From positions 8,509-72,508 of the forward strand of contig JANNWY010000033.1 in assembly GCA_031409335.1 (NCBI GenBank): a stretch of 64,000 nt of DNA. The letters run 5' to 3'. The notes below the pieces were generated by a model, which was not told the DNA's origin, made no database searches, and saw only the letters and a program-made list of their open reading frames with translations. This document shows positions 18,884-30,500 of the stretch, piece after piece. Within the stretch, counting starts at the first letter, position 1; the number at the start of each line of letters is the position of its first letter. Position numbers and translations under genes: made by a program. The DNA is from Chthoniobacteraceae bacterium. Its GTDB lineage: Bacteria > Verrucomicrobiota > Verrucomicrobiia > Chthoniobacterales > Chthoniobacteraceae.

Positions 18884-20878
18884 GTGACTTTCCCAGTTCA
18901 CATGCCTCAGCCTTCCCATCACCCACTTCCCGCGCGTGCATCGCGTCAGGTCGCCCATGCCGCATGGCTGATTGCCTCCGCGATTTGCGGGGTCGCCACG
19001 CTGCCCGCGCACGCTGCGCGCGAGCTGTTCGCCCAGGCGGAGCCATCCTCTGCATTGCAAGCGGCTGAACCAGCCGCGGAGGAAGCTGCGGCGAAATCGC
19101 AACAGGTCGCGCCGCCGCCTTCCGAGCCAGCGCCGGAGGCGGGTCCGGCTGATTTGATCGGTGGTCAGGCTGGTGCCAACGCACCGTCGTTCAACGTCAC
19201 GATCAATCTCATCAAACGCATGGTTCAGAAGGGCCTGCTCACCAAGGAAGACGCCGCCGACTTGCTCAAGCAAGCCGAAGCCGACGCGGTGATCGCGCGC
19301 GTGCAGCTCCAGCAGGATGCCGTCGCTGCCGCGCAGATCGTGGTGCAGCAGGCGATCAATGCCGGCGCCATGTCAGATCCCGTGCCAATGCCTGACGACG
19401 CGGTCCGTGTGACCTACATCCCGGAGAACGTGAAGAAGCAGATCCGCGATGAGATCAAAACCGACGTGATGGCTACGGCGAAGACGGAGAACTGGGTGGC
19501 ACCAGCCGCCATACCGGGATGGGTCACGCGCTTTCGCGTCAGCGGCGACCTTCGCATTCGCTATGAGGGAAACTACTTCCCGAGCGGCAATGACAACACC
19601 GGTGCGTTCCCGAATTTCAATGCCATCAACACGGGCTCGCCTTTTGATATCAGCGGGACCGTCTTTTCACCGCAGATCAATGTCGATCAGGACCGCCAGC
19701 GTTTCCGAATCCGGGCGCGGCTCGGCGCGGAGATCGAAATGGGCGATGGCTTCACTGCCGGGATGCGCATTGCAACAGGAGAGAACAATTCGCCGGTGAC
19801 GACCAATCAAAGCCTGGGTGCCGCGAATCAGGCACAGGGTGGGAACTTCAGCAAGTATGCGATCTGGCTGGATCGCGCTTTCTTGAAGTATGAGATCGGC
19901 GGGCAGCCAAACAAGAACCTGGCCATCAACGCAGGCCGTATCGACAATCCGTTTTTCAGCACGGAGATCATTTATGACGACGATCTTGGTTTCGACGGTG
20001 GCGCGCTGGTCGGGCGATACGAGGTGCTCAAGGGTTTGACGCCATTCTTCAGCGGCGGTGCTTTTCCGATCTTCAATACGGACTTTAACTTCTCATCGAA
20101 TCAGCCGGCGAAATTTGAGAGCAGCGACAAATGGCTCTACGGCGCGCAAGGAGGTTTCGATTGGAAGCCGCGCAAGGATCTCAGCATCAAGATCGCGGGC
20201 GCTTACTATCATTTCGACGGAGTGGATGGAAAACTCAGCGATCCGTACACGCCGCTCTCCGCCAGCGACGCAGGCAACACGGACAACCGGCGACCTTCGT
20301 TCGCGCAAAAGGGCAACACCTACATGGCGCTGCGTAACATCGTGCCAAATGCGACGAACAATTTCGGCACGACCAATCAGTTCCAATACTTTGGTCTCGC
20401 CTCGAAATTCCGCCCGCTCAGTTTTACCGGAAAGATCGACTACACCGGGTTCGAGCCGGTCACGATTTCCATCTGGGGCGAACACATCAAGAACCTTGGG
20501 TTTGATCGTGGCGCGATCAATCGCATTGCGGTCAACAACCGCGGAGCCAACAGCGTGACTGGGTCCCTCGGGGGTTACGCGGGCGGCGACACCGCGTGGA
20601 TCGTCGGATTGAAGGCGGGCAGTGCCGCGCTGCAAAAACGCTGGGACTGGCAGATCGGCATTAACTATCGCCACGTCGAGTCGGATGCAGTGATCGACGG
20701 TTTCGCCGACTCGGACTTTGGCAACGGAGGCACGAATATGGAAGGCTACTCGCTCTTTGGCACGCTCGCGCTTTCACCGCGATTTGCCATTGGCTTGAAG
20801 TGGATGAGCGCCGACGAAATTGCCGGCCCACCGCTTAAGAACGACATCCTCCAAGTTGATCTCAGCGGAAAATTCTAA
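18884..20878 (+). CDS. Putative outer-membrane porin (Porin_5-like)
   Basis: INLI..MVQKGLLT, GDLRIRYE, DRQRFRIRARLG, DSDFG.GGTN, terminal QVDLSGKF. Confidence 0.85.
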   Translation: MTFPVHMPQPSHHPLPARASRQVAHAAWLIASAICGVATLPAHAARELFAQAEPSSALQAAEPAAEEAAAKSQQVAPPPSEPAPEAGPADLIGGQAGANAPSFNVTINLIKRMVQKGLLTKEDAADLLKQAEADAVIARVQLQQDAVAAAQIVVQQAINAGAMSDPVPMPDDAVRVTYIPENVKKQIRDEIKTDVMATAKTENWVAPAAIPGWVTRFRVSGDLRIRYEGNYFPSGNDNTGAFPNFNAINTGSPFDISGTVFSPQINVDQDRQRFRIRARLGAEIEMGDGFTAGMRIATGENNSPVTTNQSLGAANQAQGGNFSKYAIWLDRAFLKYEIGGQPNKNLAINAGRIDNPFFSTEIIYDDDLGFDGGALVGRYEVLKGLTPFFSGGAFPIFNTDFNFSSNQPAKFESSDKWLYGAQGGFDWKPRKDLSIKIAGAYYHFDGVDGKLSDPYTPLSASDAGNTDNRRPSFAQKGNTYMALRNIVPNATNNFGTTNQFQYFGLASKFRPLSFTGKIDYTGFEPVTISIWGEHIKNLGFDRGAINRIAVNNRGANSVTGSLGGYAGGDTAWIVGLKAGSAALQKRWDWQIGINYRHVESDAVIDGFADSDFGNGGTNMEGYSLFGTLALSPRFAIGLKWMSADEIAGPPLKNDILQVDLSGKF

Positions 20879-20880
20879 TC

Positions 20881-21558
20881 ATGACTGCAAAACCTCTCGC
20901 CATCCTCCTAGCTGGCCTGCTTTGCGCAGCGCCGCACATCGCCATCGCACAGCAGCAGGCAAACCCCGTCGAGCAGCGCCTGAAAGAACAACTCAAGGCT
21001 GCGATGCTCCAGATTCGCACTGCCGAGAGTGAGCGCGCGACGCTTCAGGCCGCGCAGACTGAGCGCGATCAGAAGATTAAGACGCTCACGGATCAGGTTG
21101 CCGCGCTCACCAAGCAAAGCGCCGAAGACAAGGAGGCTTCGGACAAGGCTGTGGCCAAACTCAATGACGAACTCGTGGTGAAGAGCGCCGACATTACCCG
21201 CATCAACGAACTGCTCGTGAAATCCGACGCCGCCGGCAAGCGGGTCGAAGAGATGGCAAAGAAGACCGAAGCACAGCGCGCGAGCCTTGCCGCGCAGGCG
21301 ATCGAACTCCAGCGCACCGTTGCCGATCAGCGCGCGAAGAATGCCAAGATGTATGAGGCGGGGATCGAGGTGCTCTCGCGTTACGAAAAATTCGGCCTCG
21401 GCACCGCACTCACCGCGCGGGAGCCTTTCGTTGGAATTACGCGAGTAAAGTTTGAGAACCTAATCCAGGACTATGGAGACAAGCTGGCGGATCAAAGGAT
21501 CAAGCCGCCGGAGAGCAAGGAGGCTGCGCCGAAGACGAAGGCGACAACGAAGCCATGA
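20881..21558 (+). CDS. Secreted coiled-coil protein
   Basis: Signal peptide, long heptad region, EPFVGITRVKFENLIQDY.DK tail. Confidence 0.8.
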   Translation: MTAKPLAILLAGLLCAAPHIAIAQQQANPVEQRLKEQLKAAMLQIRTAESERATLQAAQTERDQKIKTLTDQVAALTKQSAEDKEASDKAVAKLNDELVVKSADITRINELLVKSDAAGKRVEEMAKKTEAQRASLAAQAIELQRTVADQRAKNAKMYEAGIEVLSRYEKFGLGTALTAREPFVGITRVKFENLIQDYGDKLADQRIKPPESKEAAPKTKATTKP

Positions 21559-21583
21559 GCGTCAACTGTCCAGGCCTGCGCTT

Positions 21584-24500
21584 ATGAAGTTGCGACGCTT
21601 GACTCGTTCAGGCGGACCGATGCGCGATGGACCCGCGCTTCGCAATCACCGGGCTTCCACCACGACTGCCATCGGCGTCGCGGCAGCGTTGGCCGCGAGC
21701 CTAATGGCTGAGGCCGGCGATATTCTTCGCGGCGGAGCACCGGCGGCGACGCGGCAGGGGAATGCCGGATTTGGCAACAATCCTGCGCCGACTGCGCAAG
21801 CCAGAGCCAATGCGAAGGATGTCCTGTCGCGGACGACCGAGGCGGTCCAGGCAGTGAAAGGGATGCAAGCCGCGGCGCGCAACGCCGCCATCCAGGGGCC
21901 GAACAACCTTGGCCTAAACCCCAACAAACCGGGCGTGCAGTTGCCCAACGTTCCCAACGGTCTGACCACCGGCGGACTGCAGGTGGGAAATACGAAGCTA
22001 TGGCGTGGAGCGACGCTGCCTACCCAATCGGTCGCGAACGTTCGGACCAAGGTTGCGATCAAGCAAACCAAGCCGCAGGCATTGCTTTCCTGGCAGACTT
22101 TCAACATCGGGAAGGAGACGACTCTCTCCTTCGATCAAAGCGCGGGCGGCGATAATCAGGGCCAATGGATCGCATTTAACAAGGTCAACGATCCCTCGGG
22201 CGTTCCCTCGCAAATCCTGGGTTCCATCGAGGGACTCGGGCAGGTCTATGTCATCAATCAGAACGGAATCATTTTCGGCGGATCGTCGCAGATCAACCTT
22301 CATACCCTCGTCGCATCCTCGCTGCTGATCAACGACGGTCTGATCGCGCGCGGTTTGCTCAATAATCCGGACGCGCACTTTCTCTTCTCGAACCTGCCGA
22401 TCGCCTCGGGAAAGAATGGCACGCCCGCTTTTAATCCTGTCGTCACCGATCCCGCCTTCTCGGTGGATCCGTTGAATCCGACGCGCACGGTTTCTCAGGT
22501 AGTCGCGAGCGATGGTAAGACTCCGGCCGCTCCGATTCAGTTTAGAGTGAGTGTAACGAGGCCTGGAACCGGTGCCGCGACGCTAAGTCCAACAGCGGAC
22601 TACACGCTCGCGACGAATGCGGCGGGAAAGTCAGTGGTGACGTTCACGCCGGATGGTCTTGTGAAGGTGGCTGGTGGCTCCGTAAAAATTTCCTACACAC
22701 CCGCGGCGATCAAGAGCGGGGACGTGACGGTGCAGAAAGGCGCGATCCTGGCCAGCCCCGTCAACGATGCCGGGAATGGCGGCAGGGTGATGCTCGTGGG
22801 ACCGAACGTCGAGAATGCGGGAACGATCTTAACGCCGGCAGGGCAGACGATTCTCGCCGCGGGCCTGCAAGTCGGTGTAGCGGCGCATGCCAGCAATGAT
22901 CCCAGCCTGCGCGGCCTGGATGTATGGGTGGGTGCGGTCGGCAGCGATACCGGAAAGGCGACTAATCGCGGCCTGATCGACGCGCCGACTGGTAGTATTT
23001 CGATGGTCGGAAGATTCGTGAATCAACTCGGTGCCGCTGAGAGCGCCACGTCGGTCAGTCTCAATGGCCGAATCGACCTCCGTGCCAGCTATGGGGCGGT
23101 GGGCAACCCCAACTTCACCGACTCCACTCTGCCATTCGTCTTTCAAAAAACCGGGGTCGTGACGTTTGGCGAAGGTAGCGTGACGCGCATTCTCCCGGAC
23201 TACCTCAGCGAGCGCACGGTCCCCGGCACCACTCTTCCAGAGTCGTCGCAGATCAATGTTGACGGGCTGGCGATTCATTTTTCCAGAAACTCGATGATGC
23301 TGGCACCCAGCGGGAACATCCGATTGAGCGCGGGGTTGTGGCCCTATCGGGATGTCAACGGAGACCGGACAACCTTGGGTTCCGACGGATTGGTCGAGAG
23401 TGGTTTGTCCACGCATCTTGCCGGCGGAGAGCAGCGTTTCTTATTCGATAGCGGACAGATCTACCTTGATTCGTCTTCGTTCATCAATGTCGCGGGAACC
23501 ACGGATGTGAATGTCCCCTTATCGCAGAGCCTCCTGGACGTGGAGTTTCGAGGCTCCGAATTTGCGGATGCGCCGCTCCAGCGCGACAGGCTGCTGCGCG
23601 GGGCCGGGCTGACCGTGGATATTCGCCGGACGGGCACTTTCGACGGGCGCTTTTGGATGGGTACGTCACTGGGCGATGTGACCGGCCTTGCTGGCTTGAT
23701 CCAAAGGAATGCCGCGCAACTGACGGCGGCGGGAGGCAGTGTGAATGTGCAGGCTGGTGGATCAATCGTCATTCGGGACGGGGCGGCGATCGACGTCTCG
23801 GGCGGCTTTTTCCAGCACGAGGGAGGCATGGTGCGGACCACGCGGCTGCTTCAGGGCGGGCGGCTGATCGACATTGCCGACGCGCGTCCTGATCAACTTT
23901 ACGACGGCACATTTACCGGCATCTCCACTTTCGAGCATCCGAAGTATGGCATCACAGAAACATTCACGATTCCATGGATGCGCAACGAACGTTTCGAGGA
24001 AGGCTTCGTCGAAGGTGCCAGCGGTGGGACGCTGGCACTAACGGCACCGGGGATGGCCCTCGACGGCGCTCTTCTGGGGCTGACGGTCGCAGGACCGCGC
24101 CAGCGGACGGACCGCGCCCCGCACAGCCAACTAACCCTCGCGTTTGAGGCCGAACGACTTTACGGGCCGGCGCTGCCTCAAGTGGACACGATTCGGTATT
24201 CCCCCACGCCTCCGACCGTTAGGCTGACGCCAGGTGCAACGCAAACCGCACCGGGCGCTTTTGTTTTGAATGGCGATGCCCCAGCCGCACTTGCCGCGGG
24301 GCGGCTTAAGCTTGTGACGCTGTCGCCCGACCTATTCACCGGGCAGGGTTTCGGCCACCTCTCGATCGCCAACCCAGATGGCACGGTCGTGGTCCCCGAG
24401 GGCGTTAGCGTCGCGGCGCCCGCCAAGGGTTCGCTCTCGCTAAGTGGGAGCAACATCACGATTCGCGGCGCGGTCTCGGCAGCAGGCGGTGACCTTAAGT

Positions 24501-27500
24501 TCCGCGTGTTTAATCTGTCGCCATCTTTCGTTGACGAGTTCCGGCGCCTTAGAAACCTAACGCCACAGGCAGACCCGCGTCCGAATCGGGATCGCGGCTT
24601 TTTCACCCTGGCGGAGACTGGCAGGCTGGAAGCCTCCGGCCTGATCGCGGACGATCGCGTGAACATTCCCTCGGCATTGGCGAGACCCTTGGTGCTTGCA
24701 GGCGGGAGTATTAGTATTGAGGCATTCAGTACTCAGTTGATGGTCGGTAGCACCATTGATGTCTCCGGCGGAGCGGGCATCAGCACGCGCGGGAGGGTGA
24801 CTTATGGGAATGGAGGCAGCATCAGTATTCTAACGGGCAGGGATCTTTCACTCACTTCCGTAACTGGCGGACGATTCGGGCCGGGTGCCGTATTGAGCGG
24901 ATACTCTGGAGCGACCGGCGGATCGCTGTCGCTGAGAGCGATGCTGATTCAAATCGGGGGGCGGGCACAGTTTGCGAACACCCTCGTGTTGGAGCCCGCG
25001 TTGTTCCAACAAGGAGGGTTCACGGCGTATTCGCTAACCGGCATTGGCAGGGATTCGACCACGAAGCCAGAGACCGGTGCCCCAGAGACCTATGCGCCGG
25101 CTATTTCGGTCGCGCCCGGAACCGTTGTCAGACCCATCGCGGAAAACTGGATGGCCGTCCCCAATCCGCCGGGCTCGGGAGAGACCGTGCTGCGCCCTTT
25201 CACGAACCAGGTGGGTGTGCGTTCGCCCGTGAGCATGAGTTTCGCCGCGCTCGGTTCGGACGATAGTTTCTCGACCGATATTCTGGAGGCACGTGGCGAC
25301 ATCGTCCTGCGCGCGGGCTCACTGATCGAAACCGATCCCGGTGGCGGCATCACGCTAGGAGGCGACACGGTTTCGATCATGGGTTCCCTGACCGCGCCCG
25401 GAGGCACCATCGCGATCAGGGGGAGAGCGGTCTTCCCGCTGGCTCCTTTGGTGGAAGGCTCGACGCTGTCCGCGCTACCGACGGTATCGATCGGTCCGAA
25501 GGCTAGGATTTCCACCGCGGGCACGACCGTCTTGTTACCCGATGCGTTCGGGCGAAGGACGGGCACAGTATCCCGTGGCGGGGTCATTACTGTCTTCGGT
25601 AACATCGTTGCGGAGAGCGAAGCCACGCTTGATGTTTCCGGCAGCTTCGCGAGCTTCGATCTGAGTCCGAGTGCGCTTGGGCATGTCGGCTCCCCGATCG
25701 TGCCTGCCAATAGCGGCGTAACGGCTCCACTCTGGACCTTGGGAAGTGAAACCACCCGCATCGACAGTGCCGGCGGACTGATCGAAATCGAGGGCTCGCA
25801 GCTCCTTTTGAGCGATGCGACTCTTCTAGGTAGTGCTGGCGGCCCCACTGCGACGGGCGGCACGCTCTCTGTGCATTCCGGACGCTTCTATCCGCGCTCG
25901 GGGGGCAACATCGCAGTATCAGTTCGGAGCACCGACATCAATCTAGTCATCACCCAACGTGGCAACGTGATACCGGACACGGGCATCACAGGCATCGGTC
26001 GTCCTGTGCTATCGGAGTCAGGAGCGCCCATTCGCGGATTTGGCCGCTTCGCGATCGAGCGATTCAGCCGGGGTGGATTCGACTCGCTTGAGTTGGGGGC
26101 GAAGTTTCTGGAGACCTCGACGTTCCCAGTCGGTGGCAATCTCCAATTCCGAGGCCCGGTTGCCATCGAAGCCAGAGGCTATCTCCGTCTCGCTGCCGGC
26201 GGCGTGCTCCAGGCAGACAGTTCGGTTGGTTTGCGCGCTTCGTATATCTCGATCGGCCAGCCTTTCCGTGCGCCGATCAATCCAAATGATCCGGTGGCCG
26301 TCTTTCAGCAAAGCCCAGCCGGCGGTGGAGTGCAGGATTTGGCATTTGCGCCGACGTTCGGCTCCGGCAGCCTCAAGCTGCAAGCGGGACTGGTCGATAT
26401 TGGCAACCTGTCCCTTCAGAAAATCGGACGGGCTGTCGTCGATTCGAGCGGCGACATTCGCGGCAATGGCACCGTTGCCATCCGGGGCGATCTTACCCTT
26501 CGCGCGGCCCAGCTCTATCCGACATCCCTTTCGACATTCAACCTGTTCGCTTACGATCCAGAACTTGGCAGCGGCTCAATCGTCATCCGTGGCGGAGGCG
26601 CTAGCGCGGTCCCGCTTTCGGTTGGAGCGAACCTCAACGTGTTCGCCTCGTCGATTATTCAGGACGGCGTGCTGAGGGCACCAGTAGGATCCATCACGCT
26701 GGGCTGGGATGGGAAGACTGACTTCGACCCGATCGATAGCGACATTGATGGACCGACGGACCCGATATCCAAAAATGTGCTGCCCGTTGCTGTCGCCGAT
26801 CGCGTCACGCTGGGCGCGCAAAGCTTTACTTCCGTTTCGGCCACGAACTCGACTTTGGGCACCGCAGTCTTGCTGCCATACGGGCTCAGTCCCGATGGCT
26901 TTTCATGGATCGATCCGCGCGGCGTGAATGTAACCACGGGCGGCGTGCCTGAAAAGCGCGTGGTGATCGCTGGCGAGAGCGTGACGACCCGGCGTGGTGC
27001 CGTAGTTGACATCGGTGGCGGAGGAGACCTCTACGCTTATCGCTGGGTACCCGGAACGGGTGGAAACATTGACCGTCTCGGGACCGCGTCGAGTGCATGG
27101 AGCGCGTCCACCCCGTATCAATCCGGCGATTTGGTGTTGTTCAACGGACAGACCTGGTCAGCCCGCGTCGCGTCCCTGGATAAGCGCCCAACGATCGGTT
27201 TGAGTTGGTCGCGGGTGGGCGAATCGTTCGCAGTCATCCCGGACTTTGCCGCGCCGTTCGCTCCTTACAACCCATTCAATAGCGGTGGCAATGCGACCTC
27301 CTTGCAGGGAGACCCTGGCTACATATTCACAGCGAATCCCGTCGGCGATCGAGTCCGCACGTCGCTCTTGTCCGTGGGTCGCGTCAATGCGGGGATGCGC
27401 ATCGGGGATCGAATCTACTTGGATTCCACTCCCGGCATGGACGCCGGTTTCTACACTCTGTTGCCACGGCGCTATGCGTTAATGCCAGGGGCGTTTCTCG

Positions 27501-30500
27501 TGACTCCGCTGGATGGGTCGCCGCTCGGCAGTTTTGCACTACCCGATGGAGCCAACTTGGCGTCTGGCTACCGCTTGGATGCCTTTAGTCAGACCGGGGA
27601 GATTCCGGCATTGCGTTCGCGGTTTGAAATTGCGTCTTCGGCAGTCACCCTGGCCCGCAGTAAATTTGAAAACTATCTGGGTAACACCTTCTTCTCCGAT
27701 GCGGCCAAGCGTCTGGAGATCGAGCGTCCTCAACAAACGCCAATCGACGGGGGCTACCTAAGCTACCACGGAAACAGCGCTATTTTCCTCCTGGGCGATG
27801 TCCGTGCGGCGAGTGCGCACGGCGGTCGCGGAGCGATGGTTGATGTCAGCAGCTTTGCCGATCTCTACATCATCGGCGGTCGTGGCGCCGCACCGGCGGG
27901 AGCGCGCGCTGTCGTTGAGGTGGAGAGGCTGAACTCATGGGGTGTGGAGAGCCTGCTCATCGGAGGTCTCCGGCAGCGCACCGCCACCGGTACGATTGTC
28001 GATGTTCGCACAAATGGACTGACGTTGAACAATGCGGGCATCACTTTGGGTGCCCCGGAAGTCGTACTCGCGTCGCGCTCGGCGTTGACCGTAGGCGCCG
28101 GATCGGCGCTCGTTTCGACAGGCGCATTGTCGCAGCCCGCGGACCTCCTACTTCCTGGGAACGATGGCGCTTTGGTGCGCGTGAGCGGCGACTTGAACGC
28201 AGCCAGCAATCGCACCGGGTTGCCAGCGACATCGACACCGCTGCTGACCATCGGGGCGGGTGCAAGAATCGGCGGGAGAAGTGCGACGCTTGATTCGACC
28301 GCCGGGTCTTTGTTCGATCCAAGTGCGGTGCTGAACGCCCGCGCGCTCACCTTGGGCAGCGGCCAGATCAGCATCCTGCTGGATCAGCCATCCGCGGGTC
28401 TCACTGGGTCGCTCGTGGAGCAGCACCTCACCATTTCAGGGAAGCTATTGCAGGACGTGCAGCAGGCGAATTCACTAACTCTTCGCAGCTATCGCACGAT
28501 CGACACCTACGGAAGCGGCACCTTTGGAAGTCCGGCGCTCGATACCCTGACGCTATTCGCCGCGGGAGTGCGTGGGTATGACCAAGGCCCGGGAACGGCC
28601 ACCTTTGAGGTGGGTAATCTGGTGCTGGGAAATCCGTCGAATGTCGTGCCGATCGAGGCTCCGGCTGTCGTATCGGGAAGCCTGCGGGTCGCTGCAAACA
28701 CGATCCGCCTCGGGGCCAACAACTTCGCAGCCGGAGGGTATGAGAATGTGGAGTTTAATGCAGCCGGTGGTGTTCTTGGTCGCAGTGCGGGCGCTTTTAC
28801 GACGCCCGGGAACCTGACGATCAACACACCGTTGATCACGGGTGTGCGTGGAGCCACGCAGGCAGTTACTGCCGGCGGTGCTCTGGTTCTGAATCGGACG
28901 GATGGAGCCGTGGCCGTCCGTGGCGGACTGGGATCGAGCTTCACCTTTACTGGAACGACGGTGCTGGCAGATACGAACATCCAACTGCCCAGCGGCGAGA
29001 TTGTGCTCCGGGCCATGACTGGCGACGTGGTGGTCGGGGGACAACTCAATGTCGCGGGAACCCGCCAGGAGTTTTACGACCTCACCCGCTACTCCAATGC
29101 GGGTAGGATACTGATAACATCCGACCAAGGGGACGTGAAGTTAGCTGCCGGGAGCTTGCTCTCAGTCGCCAGCGCCGGCTTCGGAAAAGCCGGGAGTATT
29201 TCCATCAATGCGGCGAGTGGAGAGTTCCTCAATGAAGGCAAGCTGAATCTGCTGGGCCAGGCGTCCTCGGATGCGAACTCGGGAACATTCCTGCTGGATG
29301 TGCTATCCGCGGGAACCTACGCGAACGTGAATGACCCGCTGCAAGCCGGTGGATTTTTCAACGAACGCAATATCCGCATTCGCACGGGCTCGGTCACGAT
29401 TGATGGGATCACGCGGGCGCGCGATTTTTCGCTCTCGGCAGATGAGGGTGCGATCACGGTGACAGGAACCATCGACGCCAGCGGCAGGACGGGCGGGCAG
29501 ATCATCCTCGTTTCTGGCAGTTCGCTGACGTTGGAAAGCAATGCGCGCCTGACGGTCCAGGCAGGTGAATTCAATTCCGCAGGCAAGGGAGGCAGCATCC
29601 GTCTTGAGGCGGGTGCTGCGATCGATGGCACTGCCAACGAATTTGCGCTGCTCGACATCAAGGACAATGCGACGATCAATCTGGGTGTCGATTCGTACGT
29701 CGCAGGCGCTTACACCGATGCAAAAGCCAGCGCGTTCCGGGGCCGCTTCCAAGGCACGCTGCACCTTCGCGCACCGCGAGTAGGCAATGACATCGGCGTC
29801 GGCCCGATTGGCGGCGATGTCAGCGGAGCCTCTTCGATTCTGGTGGAGGGCTTCCGCGTCTATGATCGCACGTTGGAAGGCACGCTCGACAACGCGCTGC
29901 GCGACACGATCCATTTCGAAGCACAGAGTTACATGGATGATGGCTACGACACGATGCTGGCGAAGCTGGTCGGAGCCAATGCCAGCCTGAGCCCGCTGCT
30001 CGTCCTCGCGCCGGGTGTGGAGATTATCAGCCGGACAGGCGACCTCGTCCTCGGAACGGATGTGGATGACTATACAAATGACTGGGATCTTTCCGGCTTC
30101 CGCTACGGGCCGAAGCAGGCACCGGGCGTATTGACGATTCGGGCGGTGGGAAATGTGGAGTTTAAGAATGCGTTAAGCGACGGCTTCCGCGGCGACTTTT
30201 CGCCAAATGACTTCGGCGAGTTCCCGCCTCCGGGGCAAGAGCTATGGCTGCGGCCGCTGATGGACATATCCGCTACTCTGCCGGTGAACACGCAGTCTTG
30301 GTCGTATCGTCTGGTGGCCGGATCGGATCTGAGCGCCGCGGACTTCCGCCGCCTGAAGCCGCTCGACACGCTGGCGGATGGCAAGGGCTCGGTGTTAGTC
30401 GGAAAATTCTATGCGCCGAATCTGGTGTCGGGCACGGAAGCGACCACGGCGGCGGCGATCGACAATCGCTTTCAAGTCATTCGCACCGGTGCGGGAAATA

